From Lingula anatina (Eukaryota; Animalia; Brachiopoda), in NCBI GenBank assembly GCA_051362555.1, contig CM120647.1:1488001-1552000 (forward strand): a stretch of 64,000 nucleotides of DNA. Reading direction: 5' to 3'. Below, piece after piece: positions 1 through 10,189 of this stretch; the stretch's first letter is position 1, and the number at the start of each line of letters is the position of its first letter. The notes below the pieces were generated by a model, which made no database searches, was not told the origin of the DNA, and saw only the letters and a program-made list of their open reading frames with translations. A program made the position numbers and the translations under genes.

Positions 1-399
1 ACACACAATATCGACATCAAGTGTTTTTATTTCACGTTTATATTATAATGTATGAATAGGAAAAGATATGTAGAAAGATATGTATACATAGAAAGTATGG
101 TTTTGGGACATTTGCAAACGCGGATGTGAAACATCTAAATGACCAATCGATCCATCTCATCGAACCCCGTAGCGCTCCGCCCCGTCCTGCCCCCCCCCCC
201 CTGCATCATCCATCCCCGCCCCGCATGGTCCAACCACGCCCCGTCCCCGCTCTCCCCGCCTAGCTCCACTCTAAGATCAACTATTTCTTCCCCTTGTATA
301 ATGACCTAATAGCCACACTATTGTTTAATCAAGGAGTTCTGTTGAAACTCCTTGTTTTAATGGAGATGTGATGTGACATTTTCTTTCACCACCAAAATA

Positions 400-470
400 T
401 CATATATTTCTATGAGTTGTTCACAATATTTTTATTGTGAAATATAGATCTCATACGAAGAGTTATCCCT
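400..470. mobile_element. Right end of a Kolobok-like non-autonomous element (same family as 55815-56151)
   Basis: Ends ...CTCATACGAAGAGTTATCCCT followed by TTAA (471-474). Matches the right end at ~56090-56151 and the copies at ~30260-30335 and ~32260-32330. Confidence 0.6.
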
Positions 471-564
471 TTAACATTCATTTGACCGGGTAATTATGCC
501 ATCAGTGGGAATCTCTAATCTTTATGCTAAGCCCCCGGGCCGAATCGGTATGGGGGAGCAATCT

Positions 565-897
565 TTATTCAGAAGAGGAAGGTTTATATATCTCTGTTCT
601 TCTTCTCCGTTCACGTTTATCTGGATTTCGGCTCTGCTCAAGCTGCTCCGGATTTCTTCTCTTTTCATGCTGATCGGGATTTTTTCTATGTTCAAGCTGA
701 TCGGGATCTCCTCTCTGATCAATCTGATTGGAATCTCTTCTCTGGTCACGTTGATCAGGATCTCTTCTCCACTCAGGATGATCAGGATTTCTTATCTGCT
801 CATGATCTTCATTCATATCCCTAAGCAATCTCTCAAACGGAGTAGACAGCATCCTAGTCCATTGGCTGGTATCTGCTGATTCCTTTCTTTCAGACAT
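565..897 (-). pseudogene. Truncated 5' ORF (probable gag N-terminus) of an LTR retrotransposon, with a 9-aa (27-bp) tandem repeat
   Basis: ATG at 897 lies ~75 nt downstream of the PBS. MSERKES... is followed by ~7 repeats of the RNPDQ-type unit. The ORF is cut off at ~572 where unrelated repeat sequence begins. The gag identity is inferred from position only. Confidence 0.55.
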
Positions 898-972
898 TTT
901 ATCCTCTTCGAGCTTGGAATAAATAGGATCCTTATTTCTTGGTAAGGTTCTTATCTTCCTTTCTCCAAACGG

Positions 973-990
973 ATCCCACCGCTGCCACCA
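973..990 (-). promoter_or_regulatory. Primer-binding site complementary to the 3' end of tRNA-Leu
   Basis: Minus strand reads TGGTGGCAGCGGTGGGAT (18 nt), 3 nt after the LTR end. It is complementary to the ...ATCCCACCGCTGCCA-CCA end of metazoan tRNA-Leu (AAG/TAG type). Confidence 0.85.
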
Positions 991-993
991 AAT

Positions 994-1401
994 TGTAACG
1001 TGCCGTAGGTCCGCACAATTAAATTCCAAACTCACAGAAGACCAAACAATGCATATAAATCAGCAACAGGTTTTATTTACAACAATGAAAAAATAAAGAT
1101 AAACACTTCATACGACGTAGACGTCTTTCTTTAACAGAGTCACAAAATTAGCAGTTTATAACCCTGCCTTCCACAGCGTGAAATCTGTTCTCTCTGTTCT
1201 CTCGTGAAGTCTCTATTGTCAAGTGATAGTATAACGATTTATTAGCTGAATGTCTTTTCCTTGGTATGGTATCAGTCACTTGAATAGGTGTTAATGAAAG
1301 ACACGTATAAATATATATGCAAGTCTTTATAAAGCAAAGTTTTTAGTTTGTCATAAAGAGGATAAATCATTTATAATTTAGATAAAATTAAATCTGTCAC
1401 A
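994..1401 (-). mobile_element. 5' LTR (408 bp) of an LTR retrotransposon
   Basis: TGT...ACA termini (TGTGACA...CGTTACA on minus), AATAAA on minus near 1075, and an adjacent PBS. Confidence 0.8.
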
Positions 1402-1999
1402 ATACAAGTCTTACCTACTATAAATATGAGCCAGGAACCTAAGTCCCAGTAGGACTACTATTACCAAGTGTCCTACGGACAACCATTACCAGGAACCGAG
1501 GTCATACGGACTTCGGTTCCTGGAGGACTTGGATTACTGTTACACCGGGATCCGTGCGAACTAGCGCAGCCAGGTCACGTAGGCAGCATGGAAGGGCAGA
1601 TAGGGCAGAAAGCGGGTTCCTACGACTGATGGTTAAAGAGAAGGGACCCGAAATCCTAGTACTGAATATGTTTAACGACACGGTGGTCATGCCCATTGTC
1701 ACCGTTGTGTGTCGATTAATTCCTGCGAAATTTTTTTTCCGTGCATTGCAACAAATAACTGTGTTTATTTTCTAGGATAGCCTCTTTAAAAGAATAATAT
1801 GAAAGTTACAGCTGTCTTCTGCTGCGATCAGGTGTCTCCATTTTAATCATTCGTGTCCTTTCTTAACATAATCAGATTTATACATTGTATACTTGGACTT
1901 CCTCTGTGAAATGTGTAAGCTTCTTGTTCACATGAAATCATTTTCACGTGATAGAAATGATGAGTAAAAAACTTAAGTCAGGCAAGTCATGTAGCCTTA

Positions 2000-2210
2000 G
2001 AGTGCATTCCCATAGATTTATATCGATCCATCTAGATCGACCTAACTCCCTGGGGGTTCACGCTAAATTAATTGCTGTCAGCCGAACGCGCACGGTAGTT
2101 TATTACCCCCTTACAGCTTTTAGTAGGCGGGACAGACCGGATAAGTTGACAGTAATCTAGTGAGAATCCCCTCAGGGATAGATCAATCTAAAATCTGTGG
2201 GAATGGGGTT
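2000..2210 (+). mobile_element. PIF/Harbinger-type MITE
   Basis: TIRs CATTCCCATAGATTT / AAATCTGTGGGAATG with TTA on both flanks. An inverted copy of the same family lies at 40621-40835. Confidence 0.75.
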
Positions 2211-3513
2211 TTAGAGTAAGCCAATGAAAACGCGGCAAGTTATTGACTGCAAGATGCATGGTAGATTTTCACACTGTATTTCAATGGGCTGGATTAAACG
2301 TGATTCAAACTCGAAAAAGACCACAGGTAATTACAAAAACATTTTATTTAAACAGTTTTGACATAGATGAACAAGAAAATGTAAAACAAAAACTGTAAAA
2401 AACTGTTTGAAAAGTGAAAGTTACAGGGCGAGGGGTATACTACAAGAGTACCCACAAATTAACTCCCAACTCGAAAAAAATACCTCTGTCCCAAAGCGCC
2501 TAGGTTTTGCGGTGCCTACAGTGCTAAATGTGTAGGCCTTTCCAGCAAAGACTCTCGCTTGTCCGAGAAAAAAACTTTTTCTTGAATAACATATTTATAA
2601 ATACGACGATATGGCTCGTTTTGCTGTAATTATAAGGTAACTTTTCTGACTTAATTGTAAATAAATTAGTTCTTATCATCACCAGTAGATGACTATAAAC
2701 AGAGCATTCCTTATTACCGTCAGTGACTTCACATAAAATAAACATGCCGTGATATAAACAATTCCATATTAAAAACAACAACTACTAGCATCCATTTTGT
2801 TACTGTTAGTGCAACTGACCCCAGAATATGTGGAATGGGGGGGGTCGCAACTGACTTATACTATCATGCTCCATCTTAGGCAAAGATAAATGATACCCCT
2901 GTCTTTTTAAAACACAAATATTTTAACTGTAACATTTAAGGCGATGCCAATTCCATGTTGTTTAGCATTGTTTCCATAAAAATGCCCTTGATTTACATTA
3001 TACTATACTTGATCATGAGAAGTTCAATGGCATTTGAAAAAGAACTGCGCTTGTTTTACATTGTACATCGTAATTGGGAATTTAGATGGCCTTTGGGATT
3101 TGTTAGTTGATAAAATGTATCACTTTCTGAAAAATGAAACCTGACATCCAAATGGCGTTAATTTCATTACTGCACTGGTATATTTGCTATTATGATCATT
3201 ATCAATCAACTCTAACGTATATCAAAGTTGACCTGATGCTTGCAGTTTTATTAAATTTTACAATTTTATGACGTGTTATTTCATGTACTGTTATTCTCTG
3301 TGCTAACTCGGATCCAAACTGATTAAAATTCTGACTTATTTGCATTTGCATATTTAGTAAATAAGAATGTGATTTTCTCTTTATCGTCTCATTGTGTCGG
3401 TGAGTACAGTCGCATATCAACTAACACATTTCTTAATGACCAGAGGACAAGGTGTTGCATCATAAAAGTCATGAAAAATATAAAAGATACAACATCCTAA
3501 TAGAAATTATGAC

Positions 3514-3585
3514 AGCAGAGTGGCGCAGTGGAAGCGTGCGGGGCCCATAACCCCGAGGTCCTAGGATCGAAGCCTAGCTCTGCTA
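3514..3585 (+). tRNA. tRNA-iMet: Initiator tRNA-Met (CAT)
   Basis: AGCAGAGTGGCGCAGTGGAAGCGTGCGGGGCCCATAACCCCGAGGTCCTAGGATCGAAGCCTAGCTCTGCTA. Shows A1-U72, three G-C pairs in the anticodon stem, A54 in the T-loop and paired stems, followed by an oligo-T terminator. Confidence 0.95.
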
Positions 3586-3590
3586 TTAAA

Positions 3591-3595
3591 TTTTT
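3591..3595 (+). terminator. Pol III oligo-T terminator of tRNA-iMet
   Basis: TTTTT starts 6 nt after the discriminator base. Confidence 0.75.
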
Positions 3596-4356
3596 CCTTT
3601 CACATTGGTCCGCTTCATCTCTTCAAAATAATTTTAACTCAGGCTTTGTATTGACCGGTGCGCAGTTTGATCGAATTGCAGCGGCCCTTTTATTGGGGGT
3701 GGTGTCAGGGAACCCCGACCCCCCCTCTTTGATTTGTAAAAAAATCACACCAATGGTCCCCTCTTGAAATTAGAATTTTGGCTGAATCAAAGTGATAAAC
3801 CGTATTACCTTGTAAATAGCCCTTCAGCGCGCCCCGAACCACACACCAAGAAGGAGTAGGCGCGTAGGCTTTGCATCCGCGGACCGTGGCAGGGCAAGTT
3901 GGTCTTAGGATCGGAGCAAGTTGGCACCCTACTGGTGTACTTAAATACAGTGAATATCTATATAGTAATAGCAGATCAGCCGAGGACCCCTTTTCACGTT
4001 TTTCTCCCAAACTACAACTGTTAACAACTGACAAGTGTTAGCAATACCTCAGGGCAGTGGGAAGATGGTGGTCCTAGTTTGAATTTAATCATGAGTGTTA
4101 AAAGTATATTTTGGAGGCATTTTCTAGCCTTTGGCAATTTCCGTAAAGCTTTGGCATGTGTGACAGGTGTCATATATTGTCAATAACACTACGTCACATA
4201 GCAAGATTTGCTGCAGGCCCGTAGCCGGGGTGGGTGGGGGGTGGGGGTGGGGGCTTCGGGGGGTTCGATGTAGCCGCCATTTTCTCTGTGAAAATGTCCG
4301 CTTTGAACCAAAATTTGATCTAGAATATATGCCCTTTTTTCATTTCGGTCAACTTC

Positions 4357-4424
4357 GGCTGGCCAAGTGGTAATCTCCGTGGCTTCCAAACACGGCGGAG
4401 TGGATTCGATTCCTACTCAGTCCG
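4357..4424 (+). pseudogene. Degenerate tRNA-like element (apparent TCC anticodon), 5' acceptor strand missing
   Basis: A-box TGGCCAAGTGG, stem-loop CCGTG-GCTTCCAAA-CACGG, B-box-like ATTCGATTCC, then a T run. Second copy at 18427-18494. Confidence 0.5.
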
Positions 4425-5329
4425 TTTTTTTTTTCTTTGATTTATCATCATCATTATTATTATTATATTAATATAAAATGATTGTTAATAGTTTTGCAAC
4501 TCAAGGCAAGGTGGGGAGGTTGGCTTTTATTTTATTTTTATTTTATTTTCTATTTTTTTTGATCGGATTTCGGTTGCAAATGCATGTCACAAACAAATTA
4601 AATGTCACAATTAACATGATAATATATTAAGCATCATTTATGAATTACATCAAATAGTGTTCACTGTGGTGTCTGTAAAAGTCACCTCTTCGCGAACTGC
4701 ATGTTCACGCATTGAAGAGAATTTTCCGTCTCATTTATCAGAAAATAATTATTCGTTTGTGGTGTTTTGTCCATCATGCACGAAAACATTAAGATAAAAT
4801 TAAACAGAATAATTTATAGGAACTAACGTGCTTTGTATTGATTAAATACTCGAAGTAATGTAGAAAGCTTTTACACTAACACGGAAAACAATTTTAATTT
4901 TCTATTACAGCTAAATAGCATAGCTAAAACATTAACCCCAGCTACCTGTAAGTGAAGAACTAATGGCAGCTTAGATTAAATCAGCTGGTTTGCTCTCTTT
5001 ATGCCGTCCGCGGTAGACTTAGAGTTGGCACATGAGGAAATCATCGAATTTTACAAGGTGTTACGGAAAAACAGCTTTCTGAAAAAGTCAAAGATAAGAA
5101 CATTTATACTTTTCAAAAGCACCTTCAATAATAATCCATATCTTAGGTTGTCCATGGGTAAGACATTAAGATTATTACTGTGCCAATTTAAATGCTGAAT
5201 ACTGCCGCTGAGACTATAGACTGGCCGCTACGTGGGGGAAGAGGCTTCTCTCCGCCTTTGCTTATTGTGTGATAAGAGCATGGTTGAGGATGAGATTCAG
5301 TAGGCTTGTTAAGGACCAAAAATTGGCCA

Positions 5330-6400
5330 AACGCTGCATTTGTAGTTCAAATGTCTAACTTGGCATGAATGTTTTTTGGGCAAAACAATTTTTTATCCAA
5401 AGAGACACGCTATATCGATGCATTTATTAGCATAAATTATGCAAATTAGTTACCATCAATATTTGGCCTAAAACACGTATAGATCATCAAACCTGACTAA
5501 ATTAGGGACAAGGAATCCATTTTTAATATTATGTAAGCAACTGGCGGCCATTTTGTGCCTCAAATCCAAGATGGCGGATGGTAGCTTTGAGATGGACACC
5601 ACCTGGAAAAAGAAAGAGAGGAAGGCCCAAGACCACCTGGCGCCGAACAGTGATGGCAGAGCTGAGGGAGGGGGACCTTACATGGGGACAGGCCCAGCAC
5701 GTAGCCAGAGACAGGGCCAAATGGAAAGAAGTGACTGTGGCCTTATGTCCCACATGGGACGAAGAGCAATGATGATGATGTTGATTTTTGAAGCGTTCGA
5801 CCTACATATATGTTGTATATAGATTTCTACTATTTTGGAGGTGCAAAAGTAATTTTTTTATATTGTTTTGGTGATTGAAGTTGATTTAAAGGGGCTAAGA
5901 GGGAGTTTTAAGTGACTACCAATATATGTGTGTGAACGCTGCAAAACCATGGATATTGATAACCTGTCTTCAAGTATACTTCAGTGCAATTTTTTTTATA
6001 AACCAACGATATTGGACAAAATTATGAGCGAGAAACTCTTTCTTACCATTATGAAGGCCATTGGTGGCCATTTTATCCCTGAAATCCAAGATGGCCGCCA
6101 AAAATCATTTTGAAATTGAGCATAATTCGCCATTTTGAAACTTAATGTATTACGTCTTTGTAAATGAGAAGTACGCTGTTTTTTATTTTTTCTGGTGCAG
6201 AATACATTTTTATTATTATCTGCTTCATGAGCACAACTATTTTAAGCCTCCAAAATAAATATACATGGAGGCTTAATTACGTTATCACATAGACTTTACG
6301 TCATGTAGTATAATTAGTACATAATGTTTCATAACATCTTAAAGACCTTGAAACAAGTGCATGAAACCAAAATGGCTTAATTAAAGGTAAAGAACACTGG
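5330..6400 (+). mobile_element. Left arm of the long-TIR (foldback-like) DNA element family seen at 23459-26436
   Basis: Matches 23510-24200 directly and ~25740-26380 in reverse complement. The first ~50 bp of the TIR are missing. Confidence 0.75.
5578..5782 (+). mobile_element. 5'-truncated RTE-clade LINE 3' end
   Basis: WTPPGKRKRGRPKTTWRRTV...ARDRAKW...ALC is the typical RTE ORF C-terminus, followed by a (TGA)n tail. Inserted into the foldback arm. Confidence 0.9.
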
Positions 6401-6570
6401 GGCAGACCCAGAGATATTTTCTGACAGTCTTCCAAATTATCTTTATTGATCCATCCTCCATTTTGACCGTCCTCCGACAGAAAAAATTAGATACCGTCAA
6501 TGTAAACTTGAAAATCTGACCGTCTTCCGGAAGACCCAGAAGACCCTGGCTCTCAAGCCGCCTTCCCAGG
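6397..6570 (+). mobile_element. CAGGGG-terminal MITE (hAT-like), diverged copy of 45174-45341
   Basis: Internal sequence is nearly identical to 45185-45325. Confidence 0.7.
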
Positions 6571-7517
6571 TACATTGAAATATACAAATACCCAGTTTGC
6601 TGGCTAAAAAAAAGAACACAGTTTTTTTTGTTTTGACCACAGTGCTTCTACAGGCCTAAAAATGCACCCGATAGCAATCATTTCAACAGCTGCGGGAGTT
6701 AGTTTGTGATATTTGATTTTGTAAGTCGACTTCCTCAACTAAAGTCCATTACACTGTAGGACGTTTGGGAAAATACGTCTAGAAATGAAAATGCTATTCC
6801 ATTTTTTGCGAGTGAAAAATACCTACAGTATTAGGAATGCTATAAACTAATTACAATAATTATAGTTACTTTTGATTCCGCCAACTTCATATTCCGAGTC
6901 ATTGTGTTATAATTTGAATTTAGAGACTGGACCTTTTTTCCTTTCAATGTTATGAGCTGACTAGCCAATACAAGCAGTCAAACTGACGGTTACTCTCTTG
7001 TGACCTTGATAGTTATTATTTTATACAAAGCAAAGGAAAGCTTGGAGAGTGCTTATGGACATTTCAAATGTAATTAACGAACCCAAGGTGGAAGTAACAA
7101 TAGATAGTTTCACAGCAATTTCATATTAACCAAGCCCATTCAAGGTAGTTATATGAATGCAAACGGATGTAAAGATGTAAGTCAATTTTGACTACTTGTC
7201 TTGCTGATACTGTGAGAGTAAATTAAAATGAAATAAAATGTTTTCCCTATTTCTTGTGCTTCTGTTGACAGTTCGGAATAAATAAGATAGCGATCTGTCT
7301 GTCGTTTAAACTTTTCTAAGTGCCGTATTATTTTTTCTGTCAATGGCATTAATCCATATATTTCAAGAAACATGGACTTCGTTTCAAATTGTTATGATAG
7401 ATCTAGAATCATACAATAGTAGTTACAAAAAGCGTTTCAACCTAATCGCGCACTGAGTGTAAGTGGTTGTCAGTACAACGTCATTGCAAACAGGGTTTTT
7501 GTCACTGATCGAGTTTA

Positions 7518-7926
7518 TGCCCCTATTTCACACAGACCACGAATCGCCATGGATTGACAAATTTCAGGATTCGTGGTTGAATCGTAACCAGTTCGTGTAG
7601 TTCTTAACACATACGTATATAATCGTAGTCAGTTCTTGCAATTCTTGATCAATCGGGATTTCCTGACAAAAATTTTGAGCTGTTCAAAATTTTGGCCCCG
7701 AACTCCCGATTCCAAAAAATCGTAGTGAATTTCTGGACAATATTCGTGCGGTTCCAGCCGAATCCCACGAATATTAGTAACACAATTGCACCTGTATTGT
7801 AACTGAATCGTTGAGCGTGTCGAATTAGACCAGAAAATTGGCAAAATCTCACGAATCCTCATGAATCCTGAAATTTGTCAATTCCTGGCGATTCGTGGGA
7901 TTCGTGGTTTGTGTGAAATAGGCTCA
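7518..7926. mobile_element. PIF/Harbinger-type MITE
   Basis: ~55-bp TIRs (CCTATTTCACACAGACCACGAATCGCCA...) with a TTA target-site duplication. Confidence 0.8.
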
Positions 7927-7957
7927 TTAACGAGATGTCAGCTTAGTTCTGTACGTG

Positions 7958-8064
7958 CCCAGCAAACACATAACGTTACTATAACGTCACCTTAACGTAA
8001 ATTTTACCAAAAAACGTTATGATCACGTTTTGGTAACGCTATAAAACGTTCTGTGTTTGGTGGG
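7958..8064. mobile_element. Small CMC/EnSpm-like MITE
   Basis: CCCAGCAAACAC...GTGTTTGGTGGG termini, 2-bp TG duplication, internal AACGTT repeats. Confidence 0.65.
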
Positions 8065-8379
8065 TGGAGGTCGTTTCTGGTTTCAGACTATTTTACTCCC
8101 AACTAAAAAAATGAAATGTACAATAAAATAAAGTTAAGTGCAAGAAAACAACCCACTAGCAAAAACGAGTTTGAGACCCTGCGCATAATTTAGAAATCGA
8201 CAAAGAAAGGTGGTCAGATCGAGATTCGCAGGGAGGACCGTTTGCGTCAGATGAAAGAAGAGATAAAAATTCCACACATGTTCACAGGCTTAGGAAATCT
8301 TACAAATGCATTAATTAGTCCGTATGCACAAGGCATTTCAGTGTGTATGCGATTACATCTATATAGTTATACGTGAATG

Positions 8380-8736
8380 ATTTTGAGATGGACTATCAGA
8401 TGTCTGGGAGGATCAAAATGTACCAGATGAATCTTATTTTCTTAAAGGCTTTGAAACACGTTTAAGGGACAATTTAATTCAAGAAATTCGTGAAACAATA
8501 CAAAAAGCATCTAAATGTTTACTGTATAGACACTTGACGGATATTTTCGACCTTCAAGGCTATCTAGGAAAAAATCTCTCCTTAAAAACTAGACAAATTA
8601 TATGTAAGTTTAGTTCAGATCATAAACTCACGATTGAAAAGGGGAGATACCACAGTGTTCCGAAAAAAGATAGAAAATGTATACTATGTGACCGAAATGA
8701 TATAGAGGATGAGTTTCATTTTGTCTTTATCTGCCC

Positions 8737-8776
<40 letters not shown>

Positions 8777-9308
8777 TTTATTTTAAGTCTAAAATCCATT
8801 TAAAATGTTCAGTAGACTTTACATAAAATATCATAAATAATACTACATAAAATATCATAAATAAAATCTATGTAAAACAGCCATTATTCCATACAATTAA
8901 ATGCAATTAATACAAAATTTATAAAACCAATTAAGAGTTAATCAAAATATTTCCTAAAAAGGTACATGTATGTTTTGAGTTCTTTTTTGTAGTGACTTGA
9001 GAAGCAAATATAATAAAAAATATTACTGGCAGAAGCCCTCGGTTTTTAAATTAATACTGTTATTTGGAAGTCATAACCTAACAGAAAATAGAAATCTCGG
9101 AAAAATTTTATTACAGGCCTGAAAGCGCAGGGAAATTACATGTTAAGAACTACATATATACATGTATATATACGAAAGATATAAATATTATACTTGACGT
9201 ACTGGCATTGTGTTATCTTCATTCTCATTTATTTATTCTATTGTGATTAACATTATTATGATGTAAATCATTGTACCGTACCTATGACAAGAATGTCACG
9301 GTAAATAA

Positions 9309-9348
<40 letters not shown>
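8380..9348 (+). mobile_element. Decayed LINE 3' end (RTE-X-like C-terminal Cys/His domain), interrupted by an antisense retro-tail
   Basis: HKLTIEKGRY...RKCILCDRNDIEDEFHFVFICPY. Ends with AATAAA plus (CTA)n at 9304-9348. The (AAT)n run at ~8740-8776 marks an inserted opposite-strand tail. Clade assignment is tentative. Confidence 0.7.
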
Positions 9349-9401
9349 GTGGCCATATCGTAAAACAGAGCACGTTATAGATATTTGTTTTCCTAGTTAG
9401 G

Positions 9402-9635
9402 CACTGGCGAATTTAGAGCGATTTGTCGGGGGGGGGGTAAATTAGAATTTTGATTAGGTAAATCATAGGTTCAAATCATATCAAAGGGTGCTGTTTGCTC
9501 TCCAAAACACCAAAAAAGTTTTCGGAGCCCTTGAGCAGGTCCCGAATCCCACGCCTAGGGGGCGATGATCGGCTTCGCATCCGAGGCCTGTCCTTCCGGA
9601 CTCCTCCCCCCTCAAAAATCCTGGATCCGCCCTTG
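9402..9635. mobile_element. CA(G/C)-terminal G/C-tract MITE (hAT-like)
   Basis: CACTGGCGAATT...GGATCCGCCCTTG termini, flanked by TTAGG / TTAAG. Confidence 0.55.
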
Positions 9636-10189
9636 TTAAGTGCATATTTATACGCTGGTGGTGCTAATTATTAATGCAGAAAACACTTCAGGAACGTTTG
9701 CCCAGGAGGCTTTTATTTCCTTTGTGTAAAATATTTTCCCAATTTCTCTTCAAAGTCAGAAGTTTTATGTACTACATTTTTACGACGAGAAATTATATGC
9801 AACAACTCGTAACAGCTTCCTATTTTTACACAATAGAAATATATCTGATACCATCTAAAATACATTGCTTTATAAAGCCTTAGTACAGTGATGAGAATAA
9901 AAAATAAAGGTTATGGATGAGTTCGCAAATGTGCAAAGATTTGGTCTTGACTTGGCAAAACAAAAGCTGCTAAATATTTATGCAATTTGTGAGGCAGACG
10001 CTGTAGCCCGCATCGTAGTCCGAAAACGTTTACTATGATGAAAAAATGTTTTTAAATTAATTAATTTATTTCTCTAAACTAAATTTGCGGCGAGAGTCAC
10101 CTTCAAATCGTCCCTGTGTACTTTACAGAAGCAACCGTCATCTACATTTACACGGCAAACAACAGAGTATTACAACATACACTGTAGCC

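Larger units (their letters stand above)
3571..5340 (+). repeat. Segmental duplication copy 1 (paralogous to 17666-19880)
   Basis: Colinear high identity by eye. Copy 2 has an extra ~430-bp segment at ~19157-19585. Confidence 0.9.

Noticed and set aside
496-879. Hydrophobic repeat protein on the plus strand
   Set aside because: Antisense shadow of the 27-bp repeat in the retrotransposon ORF.
1489-1523. Hairpin CCAGGAACCGAGGTC...GACTTCGGTTCCTGG
   Set aside because: The inverted repeat is real, but it is short, sits among CCAGGAACC repeats of a probable transposon remnant, and has no recognisable ribozyme or terminator features.
3528-3767. 79-aa ORF
   Set aside because: Starts at a GTG inside the tRNA gene and runs into a MITE fragment.
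5181-5328. Possible structured ncRNA
   Set aside because: Bounded by GCCAATTT/AAATTGGC inverted ends and diverging freely from its duplicate; more likely a small MITE.
8534-8803. Poly-Asn zinc-finger host gene
   Set aside because: LINE C-terminal remnant running into an (AAT)n retro-tail.
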